The notes: generated by a model from the letters alone, not told the origin. A stretch of DNA of 62,100 nucleotides from Conidiobolus incongruus B7586 (GCA_000697335.1 JNEM01012177.1:1-62100); one strand, 5' to 3'; positions 1-15,161 are shown, counted from the stretch's first letter. Numbers and translations: made by a program.

Positions 1-1685
1 ATTTCTTTTAAAAAAAATATTTTAATTATAATTTATTATTAAAAATTTATATAATTATAAAATTATATTTAATTTAAATTAATATATTTTATAAATTCTT
101 TTATTATTATTATTATATTTTAATACTTAAGTAAAATAATTTTAAAGTTTTTTCTTTAATTAAAATAAATCATAAAGTCTAAAATAGGTATGTTAATTTG
201 AAATATAAAATAGAATATTGAATAATTAACAGTTAAAAAGTTTGGAAGCTTTAATTCAATTGCATAATTTTAAATTTTTCACATACAAATTTTACATTTT
301 TAAACTTGCAACATCACTTTAATATAACAGAAATGTGAGTATCCCCAAGCGATGCTATTTAGCAATAACTCACAACTATACTAAACCTTAATTTCCTATA
401 ATTTATATTTCATTTTTTTAAAAATGATCTGTAAATATGTATTAGCTTATTAATTAATGTAATAAATATCATTTTGTTAATATTAAAATTGATAATCTAG
501 TATTAAAATAAATTATATTAAGTTTTTAAAAAATATATACAACAGATTGAATATTCATTAAATATATAAACGTTATTATATGCTACTTTTGAAATTTTTA
601 AAACTAAACATTTATTTTAGAATAAGATTTATTAATATAAAAACTTTATGATTTAAATAAATAATAAAAATATTTCGGGAAGATAAGATTATTAATTTAG
701 CGGAAAATTCTTTTAATCAAAGTATTAAGATATTTAACAAAATTGTTTAATATTATTTAATATAGGAATGAGTTATTTGTGTAAATTATTTATTACGATA
801 TGGAAAAGCATAAATAAAAAGGATGTAATTGAAGTTAGGTGTTGATTTAAAAAATTGTAAAGTTTAAAAATATTAATATTGAAATAAGTAACAAAAACAT
901 AAAATAAAAATATTATTGTGATGTTGGATTAGAATTATGAGCAGTTGGAGTCAGAATATTAAATATAAATATCTATATAAGACATTATAGAAAGAAAATG
1001 TTAACAACTCATTAATAGTAGTGAACTGAAGTAATATAGAAATTAGTAAAGCTGTGAATGAGCGTAGCGATTCCAAGTAAATGTAACAAATGAAATTGAA
1101 AAAATTGATGCTATTATAGGTAATAGATTCTGAATAATATTTCCTAGATTAAAAAAAAGTGTTGCATTACCAGATCATATAGCGTTGAAAAGTAATTAAT
1201 TGGATAAGAATTATAAATAATAATAAGTAGTAAATGAATTCAAAAGAACGGTGAATAAGGAAGATTTAGTGACCAGGATCTATTATAAACAAACAAATTT
1301 GGGAAAAGATTATTAATAGATGAGTCAAAGAAAAACTTACTCAAGATATAAAATATTACAAGTTCAATTCATATATCTGGTACATAAAGACGCTACACAA
1401 AATTCGAAAAATATATTATCTTGAAAAAATCCTAGATTCATAAAGACAAAGATCGATTAATAGATTGATGATTAACTTAACTCAAGATATTAAATAGTAT
1501 CTAGATTTGGCGACTACACCCACAGAATATTGTTTAATCTTGTTAGTAATGGGACAAAAGATCGATAAATTGGAGTACACAAGGCGATCACAGATTTAAT
1601 ATAGAATTTAAGAAAAGATTTAATGGAACACTTTTCCCCGGGATAACCTCTAAAATACCCAATTTTACGAGATATATTATGGAGC

Positions 1686-2006
1686 TTAGAAAACAAGAGC
1701 GGCACCCTTGGTCTTCTTGTCACCACCCAATTCGAAGTGCTTGCAGCGCTTGAGAGGAAGTTGTTGCTTGTATTTGCAGACAGAGCATTCTAAACGGAGG
1801 ACGACCTTCTTAGTGGTCTTAGCCTTCTTCTTGAAGACGGGCTTAGTTTGACCACCAAAACCGGATTGTTTACGGTCGTAACGTCTCTTACCCTGAGCGA
1901 AGAGGGAAGCCTTACCGGTCTTGTATTGGGTAACCTTGTGGGGAGTGTGCTTGCGGCAAGTCTTTCCTTTACAGAAGGTGTTACGGGTCTTAGGGATGTT
2001 GACCAT
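1686..2006 (-). CDS. RPL42: 60S ribosomal protein eL42 (L42/L44/L36a)
   Basis: Intronless 106-aa [24 protein letters not shown]...[16 protein letters not shown]...CKHFELGG, typical eL42. Confidence 0.98.
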   Translation of the reverse strand: MVNIPKTRNTFCKGKTCRKHTPHKVTQYKTGKASLFAQGKRRYDRKQSGFGGQTKPVFKKKAKTTKKVVLRLECSVCKYKQQLPLKRCKHFELGGDKKTKGAALVF

Positions 2007-2357
2007 TGTGTCGAATCTTATTAAATCTGATTTGATCAGAAGATTTTAGAGGAATTTCGCACTAAAATATCTAATCTTCGTAAATGTAAAATTTTTGAGG
2101 GTTTGAATTGTGGGATTAATCCATTTTTCAATATTGAATTTTAAAATTGACAAAAGAATATCATGATAAGTAGTAATAAATTATAACAAAAAAAAATAAA
2201 GAAATTATCAAATAAAACTAAAAAAATTAATATTTTTAATATGTATTTTTGAATAAAAATAATCTATGTTAACCACGAAATACTGATTTGTTTTGGGAAC
2301 GGAGATCACAAGCTTCGTGATTTTAAATATTACATGAGCCAATTTCTTTATTGAAAC

Positions 2358-2795
2358 TTAAGCAATCAAGACAACAGCTCCACCTTGTTCCTTAATCTTG
2401 TTTTCAGCACGACGACTGACATAGCGAGCCTTAACAATGGCAGCAGAGTTGATGCGACCACGAGCTAAAACTTTGCCGTAACCAAGCTTGAGAGTATCAA
2501 TAACAGGGACAACTTCTTTACCGGCAGCCTTTTGCTTAATTTCTTCGGGAACTAAAGAGGCCAACTTTTCAACGTTGACAACAGGGCGCCAGTACTTGTT
2601 GCGAGTTAAGTGGAAGTGACGCATACCGACCTTACCAAAGTAACCAGGATGGTATTTGTCCATGTTGATTCTGTGGTGGTGTTGACCACCAGCTAAACCA
2701 CGACCACCTGGGTGTTTTCTGTGTTTACCAACACGACCGTGACCGGCTGATACATGTCCACGCTTCTTGCGGTTATGGTGAAAACGGGTAGGCAT
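2358..2795 (-). CDS. RPL28: 60S ribosomal protein uL15 (L28/L27a, CYH2)
   Basis: Intronless ORF with [48 protein letters not shown]. Confidence 0.98.
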   Translation of the reverse strand: MPTRFHHNRKKRGHVSAGHGRVGKHRKHPGGRGLAGGQHHHRINMDKYHPGYFGKVGMRHFHLTRNKYWRPVVNVEKLASLVPEEIKQKAAGKEVVPVIDTLKLGYGKVLARGRINSAAIVKARYVSRRAENKIKEQGGAVVLIA

Positions 2796-4564
2796 AGCGA
2801 ACTAAATTCCGTTAATTAAAAAAGGAATCTAAATGGGAGAGAGTGAGATTTTATTTGTATTAATTTTTTAATATCAAATATTAAGATTTTACCCATTTTA
2901 TGGGATTTACTCACACAATTTCCATTCAAAGTCTTCAAATTTGATACATATGAGTTAAAATCTATAAATCAATATATTTGTAAGATTTGATAAATTTATA
3001 CAAATGGGATATATTATAATCAATCCTGGATCGAAATATGTAGATATATTTAACTAGCAATCATTTGCATACTATGATTATAATGTACACATGAGTTTTG
3101 ACTTAATATTTTCATCATTATTTTTGATTTAATTTTGAGAATTTATGTTAATATAATTAATATTCATTAAAAATTTTAAAGTGTGATCGATATTAATATT
3201 TTAATATTTTAAATATTTTTGATGTTTTATATTATAGCTAATTGATAATATGTTTTATATTTTCGAAATGAGGTAATCGACTCTTTGAAAAAATCAATAT
3301 AATTCAATAATAATAAACTATTATTTTTTTCTGTAATTAATTTTAAAACAATTATGATTCATTTGTCGAAGAATATTTGAAGTTAGAGTTAGAATTCACA
3401 TTAATTCACCCAATTCATCAAATTTGAGAATTTTGAAAAAACATTTTGAATAAAATTTGTGGATTTATTTAAATGATATCTTTATTATATGATTCATTAA
3501 TTAATATTGAAAAAGAGTCGTATTATCAAAAACCCTTGATTTGATATATAATATTTTAATAATAACTGCAAAAATAAATTGAAAACAACAGAATCTTGAC
3601 AATTGAATACAATCTCTAATTAAATTTATAACAATAATTGTATGAAAATATTATATTTAATAAATACTATTTTGTAATATGTATATTTAAATATGAATTT
3701 TAATAATTCAAGTCAGACCAATCATGTTAAAAATAATCATATATTTAAATAATAATTTAATTAAATTATTATCATTAAGATACTAAATTACAAAATTTCA
3801 ATTTCATTTGTGTAAATGTACTTTACCAAGCTCTTTGAAGGTATTTAATGCTTAATATTCAACTAATTTTTGCTTGAAGGTAGAAAAATGTAAAATATTA
3901 GTATTAATTAAATAATCAATAACAATATAAGATATATATTTTATAATGTTTATAGCACAAATAAAACTTCGAAAATATAAATTATGATAATAATTAATTG
4001 ACGCTCAAAAAAAATAATGTAAATTGAAAATAAAAGAATAAAATAATACTATACATTTCATTGATAAACTTAATTATTGATTAAAGCTTTGTATTTTAAC
4101 TGATAGTCTCTGTTTCTAATTTTATCCAATTAAATGCTTTTAAGTTATATTTATGTTCATTTTAAGTACTAAATTAGTATATTACCAAACTTTTTTATTC
4201 AAGTCCAATATAATACTCTATGTTTTCATAATTATATTCACCAACTTTTCTTAACTAAACTCAATCGATTTTCAAATTATACTCAAATAATCATGTAAAT
4301 GAATTTTTAGTTTAATCTTTTCAAGTCTTGATTAATAAATAAAAATTTGATGATATAATTCCAAACCAAGTATCCCACTTGATTTAATATTTGTCAAATT
4401 AAGATTGGATAATATTTAATCAAATAACATAATAACTGTCACACCTGAAATTCATAATTTCACTTTGATTGATCAATAAAATCATTATTAACAAACAGAA
4501 GTCAAAACATATTGATTATTAAAAACTCATTTTTAGTCTAAAAATCAACTAATAATTATCAGAC

Positions 4565-6523
4565 ATGGGCTTTTTGGCATATGGTGCAGTAAGCCTGGCG
4601 TTGTCAGCAATTGTGCTGTTCCATACCTTCTCCACAACTACCAATTACTTTGCAGCTACTATATATTTATCTAATTCCAATACAAGCTTAATGGTAATAA
4701 CTTCTGTAATTTTATTATAATAATTATTGATTTTAATATTTTATAGATTATGTTTAATGCAGGCATTTATTTAACAGTAATGTTGGGCAAATTTCTACAA
4801 TACATATTTTTCGGTCCTTTAAGAGCTATCGAAGTAGAACATTTATATGAGAGATCTTGGTTTGCAGTTACAGAAACTTGCTTAGCCATGACTATCTTTC
4901 AAACTTCTTTTGATTCGCAATTTATTATTTTATTTGTAACATTATTATTCATTAAAATTTTCCATTGGCTTGTTCAAGATAGAATTGAATTAGTAATTTT
5001 AAATGGAATATATATATCATTTTTATTTTTTAATTTATTATTATATTTTAGATTGAACAGGCTGGCGCTACTCCGTTTTCTTTTCATGTTAAAATGCTTG
5101 CTTTAATTGGGTTGTTAGGAATTGTAGATACTAGCTTTATTCTGTATACTTTCCAATATAGCTTAGTTAATGAAGTCGATATGATTATAGTATTTGGCTT
5201 CGAGGTAAAGAAATTAGTTTATCCGTCCCAAACTTAATTCCTAACTTTAAAACTATATTTTAGTATACTATTTTAGCCATGAATTTAGTTAGCACTTTTT
5301 TCAAATACATAATTTACTGCATTGATGCTAGAACTGAAGAGTCTTGGGAAAGCAAATCAATTTATATTTTCTATCTCGAGTTGGTCATAGGCAATTTTTA
5401 CAAATTTAATTTATTTCAAAGTCATTAATTTCATAAAATTTTAGATTTTATCAAACTTTTCATATATTTGGGTTTCTTTATGAAAGTTGTAACTCCTTTA
5501 GGTGTCCCTCTACATATGTTGCGCGATATTTATATCACTTTGAAGACTTTTATCCAGAAATGCCGTGATTTGGTTAGATATAGACAAGCTACTCGAAATA
5601 TGAACGAAAGATACCCTGATGCTACTGTAGAAGAATTACAACGTATGTCTGATCCAACTTGTATCATTTGCAGAGAAGAAATGATTCATAGAGATCAATT
5701 GGCATCTCCTACTCAAAGGATCACTAATGCTGAAACTCCTAAAAAACTTCCATGTAACCACATCTTCCACTTTAACTGTTTAAGAAGCTGGCTAGAGCGC
5801 CAACAAAGTTGTCCTACTTGTCGTACACCAGTGCTTAATCAGCCTGAAGCAACAACACAGCCAGCAGCTCCTAATCCACCTGTCAATAATCCTCAGCCTC
5901 AGCCTCAGCCTCAGCCTCAGCCTGAGCTCCAACCCCAACCTTCACCTGTTGTTGACAATAATAACGAAGTTACTAGTAATAATTTTAGCCCTGATATACG
6001 AGCTGATATTAACAACAATCAAAACAACCAACCTTCTACATCCAATTCTACAGCAGCAACAAATCCACCCCCTTATAGCAATGAACCATCCAGTAGCTCT
6101 GGATCTATAAACTCTGATCTTAACACTGTAGTTCAACAATATATTCAGAGTGGTGAGCGGCTACCAATTTTACCAGGTGTAAGGGATATTAGTGGAAATG
6201 CTCCTTCTGAAATTGAACGACTAATACCCATTAATCAAGTGCCAGAATATGCTTTAAATTTAAATAGATCTCCCACTTTATCAGCTATTCGACTTCTTTC
6301 AGAAGAACAGCTACAACGCATGGAGCTTGATTCGAGAGATGCCATTACTGAAAGGCTAAGAGTAGTATCTGAAGTGCAATCTCAGCTTCATGATATCTCG
6401 ACATTGTTATCCCAAGCACTTTCTACCTCAGATCCTCGATTCATCCCCACATCTTCTGAAAATCAACCCAATTCTGACTCCGATGATCAACCCTCAATAC
6501 CATCAACATCAACAGCTTCTTAA
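4565..6523 (+). CDS. HRD1: ERAD E3 ubiquitin ligase Hrd1/synoviolin, 5 exons
   Basis: ATG 4565; TM region FFGPLRAIEVEHLYERSWFAVTETCLAMTIF; RING-H2 CIICREEM...LPCNHIFHFNCLRSWLERQQSCPTC; 4 introns, the last GC-AG (5391-5444). Confidence 0.95.
5891..5926 (+). repeat. (CCTCAG)5 coding hexanucleotide repeat encoding a PQ tract in Hrd1
   Basis: Five perfect CCTCAG copies followed by CCTGAG. Confidence 0.9.
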
Positions 6524-7300
6524 CGATTCCAACTTTCAAAATGAATATATCTCGAATAAAATGAAGCTCTGATCAGCTTTTCCATTCTCAATTTCTTTCC
6601 TATCTATTTAAGGTTGTTTCATTAGTATTTAGTATATAGTAATTATATATTGTCTTGTTATTACATTAAATCTATAATAGTAACATTATAATATCTGAAA
6701 ATTTATCAACTATTTTTCAGTTGGTTATATAATGTGTTCCAAATATATAGGGTATATATAGGCTGTGTAACAAATATAATAATATAAAATTATACTTGAA
6801 TTATACAACTTTGATATTATAGAAAATTAAATGCAATTCACTATGTAATTATTAATACAAACAGATTATTTATATGGAAAATCAAGAATTTTATATATTT
6901 TATTAAATATTAGACAAATTCAAGGTATCTATTTAATTGGACATTATATTCCAATTTTGTAATAAGAATGGAAAATATTAGATGAATCAAAGTATGAATG
7001 TATAAATAAAGACATTTATTTATTTGAGGTATAGGTTTCATTCAATCATTATATTGGTTCAAAAATTTATTGTATGATATTTTTTCAAATATTTGTGATT
7101 TATTTCATTGTAGGTAAAAAGATGAAGATTTATTAGAAATAATGTAAATATTATTTAAGAAATGAAAATATTCTGAACAGCTATAGTTTATGGACTTGGA
7201 TGAGGTGATAATTATAATTGGATAAATATAAATTTAAGAAAAAAAAATTGAAGGTTAAAAATAGTATTTAAATGAAGATACTTATTATATAAATAAATGA

Positions 7301-7372
7301 GGGCTCGACTGGGAATCGAACCCAGGACCTCTCCCACCCTAAGGGAGAATTATACCACTAAACCATCGAGCC
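7301..7372 (-). tRNA. tRNA-Pro(AGG)
   Basis: GGCTCGA acceptor stem, anticodon arm CTCCC-TTAGGGT-GGGAG, T arm GGTTCGATTCC; 72 nt. Confidence 0.95.
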
Positions 7373-7641
7373 TTAATTTGAGAAAGTCAATTATCTCCAT
7401 GATCATACAAAAGAATTTCAAATTCACTCATCATCAAAACCTACTTCTAATTGCTTTTTTTTCAATATTTATTATTTATTTTTGTTATATTTATAATTCT
7501 AATAATATTCTTCTTATTAATTATACACATAATCAAAAATCAATCAAGTGTCATTGCTATTGTAATTATTTTGTATTTATTAAATTATGATATAAATAAT
7601 AAAATTATTTGTACAGGTTAGTGTTTTAGGAATTGTATGAA

Positions 7642-9740
7642 TTAACTCCACAAATTGGGAGCATTTTTAAATAAAGATTGTAATAGATAAGCTTCTGATA
7701 ATAATATTTCAATATCGGAATTTTTCCAATTTTTGGTAGGCGGACTTTGTAAAAATAGCAAGATTTCCTGAAATGGATATTTGTTAATTAGTGATAATAG
7801 TATGATAGTTTAGTGGTTAACTTACTTGAAAATCTTTACAGCATAAATCATGTTTAAATTTCTTTAAAAACGCAGCACATACATATAAATGGAAATCTGA
7901 GAAATTGTCAAATCCTTCAGACTATAACAAATCAATATTAACTATATGAAATACTTAATAATTATTAATTTACCAAGTAAGTATCCCACATACGAATAGC
8001 GCTCTTGAGATTGACTTCTCTTAACAGTAAACAATTCATCCAGCGAAATGCAAATTGAATAAATTCAACATTTTCATTTGATAAATGTTGAGCTAATTGA
8101 CCTAAAAATACTAAGAATAAAATTTCAGCTGTGTTCATTATATATCTTACTTTCAGCTCTTTCGATAAGAAGTTTTAAATTAGTCAATTGTCTTTGAATA
8201 CCTCTTTGAGCAAAGGTGTAATTATCCTAATAATATAATTATTATATTGGAAAATGAATATTAAAATATAGCAAATACTTGAATTCCATCCATTAATTTT
8301 GAAAAACACCAAAATGAGTCAGCTTCTATCAGTCCAAGAGTTTCCTCTGTTAAAGTACTAACATCAAAATCTTCGGGTTCTTGATCTGTCGTGATTGGAT
8401 TAATAGAAATAAATATAAATATGGATGGATCATTTACCTTTTGGTAGATATGGAAATAAAAATACGTAGATAAAGGGTGTTACAATATCGTTAATGCCTT
8501 GGACATAACCACTAGCTGGGTGGCGGATAGACCAAGTGTAAAGAATCCTTTCCATAATCTATATTATTATTTTAATATTAATATAATCTATGAATTATTT
8601 AAATAGGTATAGTGCCTTTCTAATTTGAGGTTGATGAAATAAAGTAATTGTAGGGAAAGTACGAGGTAAATCAATCGAAATCTATAATCAAATTAATCAA
8701 TATTCACTATATTTAAATATAAGTGCATTGAGAATATACTTGTTGAAAGATAGCCCTATCCAAACTCTCTTCACCATGACTGAATAACTGTTTACTAATA
8801 TTAAAGTATTCTTGTCTCTTTCTAGCCAGAGATTCTTGTCTTCTCTCAGAGTTACTTGAAGCATAACCCTACATTAACAATAGGATTAAAAAATATTCGA
8901 ACTAACCTAATAGCTAATTACCAATAACAATTTCCAACTTTCAGCACGGTACTGATCTGGAATTCCCTTCCAACTCAACTTTCTCAAAGCATCTAATATA
9001 CTGATAAATTTCTGATATATTAAAACATTAATATTAGAGTACCTAGAGATACATTCGTTTCATTTAATAAATTTTGAAATTTTTCACTTCTAGTATCTAA
9101 TTCGGGGGTTCTTGATAAGGTTGGCTTAGAATTGGAAGTTCTATCGGTTTCGGTTGGTTTAAATTGCGAAACATGAGATTCGGATTTGGATTTTAAATAA
9201 GCAGAAGTAGGAGATAAAGCTGATAATGATAGTACATTAAATTAATTTGAAAAGCATATTATTAGTTAACTTACTTCCAGAAGTTGAATTGGTATTGGTT
9301 TGTTGAACAGCATTGTTATGTTGGTCAGGTTTTAAAAATTCTTGAACGAGTTTATCATTTTCAATGTTCGCATCCCAACCCCAAGTACTATCTTGAATAG
9401 TCTCAAATCTAAATTTAAAATTGTAAATAAACTGCTACAGTTATTAATAAATATCAATTAAAATAGAGTATATAATTATTTAATTCTATACTAAAAAGTG
9501 AAAGGAAAAAATACCCAGAACTAAATTCATTTTCAAACAAACAAGAAATTGGTTCTTTTGTGCCTAATAATCGACTATCATAGCGTTTGGATTGGGTTGA
9601 GTTGGGTACATTTTGAGAAACTATAATTCTATCAAGGATATTAATTTCAACTACTTATTTCATATATTTATTATCGATATTAGCTGAAATGGCACTCACC
9701 TACCGGGTACCTTTGATTTATTACTTGACCAAAACCCCAT
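7642..9740 (-). CDS. GYP1: TBC-domain Rab GAP Gyp1/TBC1D22, about 13 exons (absent from the ORF track)
   Basis: Manual splicing gives LRKLSWKGIP...ISIDLPRT...MERILYTWSIRHPASGYVQGINDIVTPF...EADSFWCFSKLMDGIQDNYT...FIQFAFRWMNCLLLRE...IRMWDTYL, ending TAA 7642-7644; the first exons are less certain. Confidence 0.92.
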
Positions 9741-12367
9741 TATTATTATTTTTTTAATTCAATAGAAAAGTGTAACTTTTAAACAAACTAAAATCTAATT
9801 ATTTAACGCCTAAAATTTTAATTGAATAGGTTCAAAGTGTTTCATTCATACATTGTATTTTGTCATTTTATGGTTCTATTTTTTTACAATGGTATATTTT
9901 ATCGATATTCAAGGATATGAATTAAATATATATATTTAATTGAAAATCTATTTTTGATTTTTTAGTTATCAATTATACATTATTATTTAATTTTTTAAAA
10001 TAAGTACCCTGTGTAGAAATTTTTAAATAATTCATTCAAATGTATCTCAAAATATATACTATTAGTTGAATATTATGAATACTTTGATGTTTATATAATT
10101 TTATCAAATTAACAGGATAATAATATTTATATTATATAAAATACAATAAATCAGATAATTTATAACTTATTTTTAGCAAATATCAAATAATCCAATAATA
10201 TTATAGGATTGCATTTTGGCTAAATTGTGCTAAATTTGACAGAATAAAGTTAGGTTGGATATGGTAGAAATATGTAAAAATAATATTTAATGCATATATT
10301 GTAATTAATTATATTTTAATAAAAATGCATAAACAATATATTACAAAAAATTTATTAAATGTTTGTTATTTGATATAATATTAGGTTATATTTAGTTATC
10401 GCTCTAATTTTTAATATAAAATGTGAATAGTTTTGAAATTTATGAAAGTATTTGATAAATCCAAAAGTTACAAAATAATAAACACATCTAAATATTAATA
10501 TTCACATTTATTATATAAAATAAATGAAATACTAATTGATTTAAAATCACAAACAATTATCTGTATACACTTCAAGCTGCACTGGAACTTAATGAGTTTT
10601 CAAGTTTAATGAAAAAACACTAGTTTAGGTTACTAAATTCAACTGTTACTGATTACTAATTTATAACTTGGTCAAAAGGTTTAATGTTTATGATTTAAAA
10701 TAAATATGATAGATCATAAAATAGACAATTGTACTGAATAAAAAATCAAAAGGCATTATATCTAATATACCAAATTTAATGACTAAAAATAATGTATGTT
10801 CTAGGAGGATCTAGTAGTTTAACTATAAAATAAACTAAATAATATTTGGAATAAATTCAATTGTAATGTTATCATACTGTAATATTAGAATTAATAGTAT
10901 TTAAAATAATTAAAAATTAATAATTATTCAAAGTGATCTATATATTGAAAACAACGATTCAACATAATACATATTATAACTTTTACCTGAAGAATGATTA
11001 ATTTTATTTTAAAGATTGAACTTTAAATTTTTCATAAGAACATGCATACTGTTATATTTGCTAAAATTTTTTATAGAAGTGTCATTTAATACTTCAAAAA
11101 TATATCATCATAATTACCAAAAATTTAAATAATTATAATAATGACTTTTGAATAAGTTTCAATGAGAAAAATTTATCAACAAATTATTATTTTATCATTC
11201 AGACATCTATTTGATTCATGAACTCAATAAAAGTCACAATCAATGAGAAATTAAATCATTTGATATATCCTATCAAATTCATGGTAATCAAATATTAAAA
11301 ATAAAAAAAAATCAAAAAGATAATACAAATTTAAAATACCATCAATAACAATCCTTTAAAATCGTGATAATATCATAAAAAATAAATACCAAAAATATAT
11401 AATAGACTAAGCCTCTTATTAACAATATCGTTGAACTAACCACCTATTAAATAAGTTAAATCCGAAAATTAAATTTACTTGAAGGATAATTATTAATCAT
11501 AAAAAATTCCGACTACAAGAATCAAATTTATTTGATTTGGCTTAATTAAATTCTAGTAATCGAGTTAATTAAAGTTTGAATGAGATCTTCGTTACTTTTG
11601 TTAAGGTGATGTTAAATCTAGAGCTGAATAACTCGACAGCGAATGGATCCTCAGAAGTTATTGGATTACATGAATTATGTATTTGTGAAATCATATATTA
11701 TTGACATCATAATTTGCAAGTTTGAAAATATATATATAAATTGATTTGAATAATGATATATTAAATGGTTTACAATAATATATATTAGAATATTATAGAC
11801 TTTTTTTTAACAGAATAACTTAAATTTTATTGAATTTGAAATTTTTGCTAGTTGCTAATTTTAGTATTCAAATTTGTATATTGTATAAAATTGACATAGC
11901 CAAGAAGCTTAAGATAATAATTAGATTATACATATATATAGAAGATCATTGATAAATAATACAAAATAAACTTGATTAGGTATAATGTTTTAAATTTTTA
12001 TCTAAATATAAATCACAGATATATTTTTTCAATAAATATATTAGTCATAATGATGAAAAATATTTGGTAATATACCAAATTAAGTAGTAAACTTATTTAA
12101 TCAAATATCAAACAAGTAGTAAAATTCCTGATATCTACAAACTTTATCAACTTTTATCATAACATTAAAAATTGACCAATTCCCAGTAATGGAAATCTTA
12201 TAATAAATAGTGTGAATAGAACAATGTTGAAATATAAATTTCTTTCATTTTTTTATTTTTACTCTTGACTCTTATTTTTATCAATATAATTTAATTGAAT
12301 ATTGGATATAATATTGAATTTTCAACAAGAATATAAATAGTAGATATTTAATAATATTTAATTCATT

Positions 12368-14891
12368 ATGGGTTTTTGTTCCCGATGTGGCGAAATTGCA
12401 TTTGGGGAAAGATGTCGATGTGGTGGTAAAGTCAAAGGTGATTTTTACTCATATTAAATTCAATTTGTGAAATTAATTACAATTGGTTACTAGACTCTAG
12501 TGCTAGTGGCTTAAATGGCAGAGACGCTTGGAGATCAACGTAATTGAATTCATTAACTCAATAGAATTTGTATTAAATTGTATTTAGTTATTTAGATAAC
12601 AAAAAATCTTCAACACCTACTAATTTAGTGAAGTTGGGAGGTAGTCATATTGACCATAAATTAACGCTTAATGAGACCTCACCCGAAAGCAAGGTAATTA
12701 TTCTCAAATTTAATTAAATAGCTTCATTTCAAATATGATATATAATAATAATATCAATATATTTATACTGAATAATATTATGGATTTATTCATATTTATT
12801 TGTATTAAATTTCAATGATTCGATCATGTACAATTTATTCACCTTTTAATTTTTATTAGGCTGTACCTTTACAAAAATCAACTTCTGAGACCCCTAAACC
12901 CAAGTTAAATGAATGGTAAATTTAAATATTTACATCTATATTGTTATTTCATAAATTAATACTAAATTTAGTGAAAAGTGTAAGGCACCTATTACTGGAT
13001 CTGCTACTACTTGGATTTATTATAACGCTAAAAAATGGCATAAGGTAAATAACTTATATATATATATATATATATTATGTTATTCATAATTATTAGGACT
13101 GTATGCGTTGTACATTTTGTAATATAATGATGGATTATCCTGAAGTAGATTTGGATGAAAATCCATGCTGTTCGGAGTGTTTTGAAAAGCATGGTTCAAA
13201 ATCTGCTAAATCTAAATCATCCACGCCGGAAATCAACGATAAACCTAGAGTTACTATTACACGTAGTCCAGCTATCAGACCGAGGTCTCAGTTTATTACT
13301 AAGAGTAATACCGAATCTCAGGTTAATTCTATTACAGATAGGGTTGAAAAATTGGATATCAAAGGCTCCAGATTAAGTTCTAACTTGGAAATTTTGAGAT
13401 CTAAATCAAAGAGTTTTTCAAAGACTTTTGACAGTTTACAAGCTGATATTGAGAGAAACTCCAGTATTAACCGTCATCGACCAAAACTTAGTTCTGATAT
13501 GTCAGGGACTCTTTCCTATAAAGATTTATTAAGTCACAGAACCAGCATATCCCGTACACCTTCTATTCACAGAGATATTATGGGTACGTTTGAAGATCGT
13601 AGAGCTAAGAGAATGAGCGTTCCATCAACGTTCTCGCAGTCTAGTGACACAACGTCTGCGACATCGAGTAGGAGTGCAACCCCTGATCCTGCAATCAGTG
13701 AAACACCAAAATCGACCCTTGACTCTTCTACTAGACGTTCAGTATACAATTCTAGAAGGTTCACCACTTACTTGGCAAATGGTATTTCTTCTCCTCTAAG
13801 ATCCTCACTTTCTAGGACTAAAGAAGAGTCTGAAGCTATTTCTCCTATAAAGTCCAAACCTAGCAACGGATTCTCTGACCCATCTTTAAATAGTGAAGTG
13901 ACACCTGAGCCCAAATCTTACGATTCTTCAGATTTTAAAAACAAGATTAAATTGGAACCTGAGTCAAATCATCGTTCCGAATATATTAAACCCATCATCA
14001 ATTCAGATACAACTTCTAAAGCTACCACAACTAATGGCCATACTGACTACACCAAATTGGACAATCATTCATCCAGTATAGAGAAATCGTGCTCCAAATG
14101 CCATAAGCCATTCTTGAACAAGTGGTACCAACTCACCGATGGTAGAACTTTACATCCCGAGTGTTTTCTATGTCACGGCTGCAACCAAAGTATCAAGGAT
14201 GCCATCTACAGCATTCATGAGGATAAAGAATATCACTCTGAGGTAAATTAAATATTACATTTATTATTTATTTTGTTTATTAACTGACTAAATTTAGTGT
14301 TTACCCAAATCAGCTGGCGTCTTTTCACCAGATATGGAATCTGATCAAGATATCCAATGCAACCGATGCTGCAAGACGATTCAAGGTGCATGCTACACCT
14401 TATCTGATGGCCGCAACTTCCATATGAATTGCTTCATCTGTTGCGGATGTAACCAACCATTCATTTCTGGATCTTATGTTGTTTTTGAAGGCAAAGAATA
14501 TCATAAAGAAGTAATTTTATTATAATATTATGTATTGAATTGATACTGATTTGGTTTTAGTGTATTCCAAAGTTGAATTTAATCACTTGTAGCAAATGTA
14601 AAAAGTCTATCAATGGTAAATACGTTCAGAATAAAGGTAACAATTTCCATCCTGAGGTAATTTTCATAATCGTCCTTTTATAACGATATCTTAATAATTA
14701 CTTGTTAGTGTTTTACATGCTACGGATGCGCTAAGCACATATCGCCCAATACACCGTTCGGTGAACTAGAATCCAAACCATATTGCGAGCCCTGTCTCAG
14801 TCTTCGCATCAAGTCCAAGCACTCAGCATCCTTCGCCCTGAGTGCAGCATACCAAGAGCGACAAAAGAGAGATTCCGCACTCTATAATTAA
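12368..14891 (+). CDS. Multi-LIM-domain protein with Ser-rich linker, 9 exons
   Basis: ATG 12368 MGFCSRCGE...; about four LIM zinc-binding domains (e.g. CSKCHK...HPECFLCHGC...HSEC); 8 GT-AG introns keep frame to TAA 14889-14891. Confidence 0.85.
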
Positions 14892-15161
14892 TCTCATTTC
14901 TATCATTTATCATTCCAATTATTTAATCAATTTCACTTCTTTTATTTTAGATATCAATATATATATTGTTTTTGAGTTTGTTAAGTAATAAATATTTTTC
15001 TCAAATTTATGTAATATATATTTATTTGAAATGGGAGTAATAATTTTTTAAATGATTCTAACAAGTGGAATTAAAAAAATCATTAAGTCAAAAGTATTAT
15101 TTAATTAAATTGGTCAAATAATTTAAACATAAAATATAATCACAAACTTTATTTCAATCCA

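Noticed and set aside
780..1430. Purine-rich stretch that looks like a decayed gene
   Set aside because: Stops in all frames and no identifiable motif beyond a short IFPRL; cannot be supported
1514..1726. 70-aa ORF overlapping the RPL42 3' end
   Set aside because: Alternate-frame read into the 3' UTR with no protein features
7297..7590. 97-aa plus-strand ORF
   Set aside because: Antisense to tRNA-Pro and runs into low-complexity AT DNA
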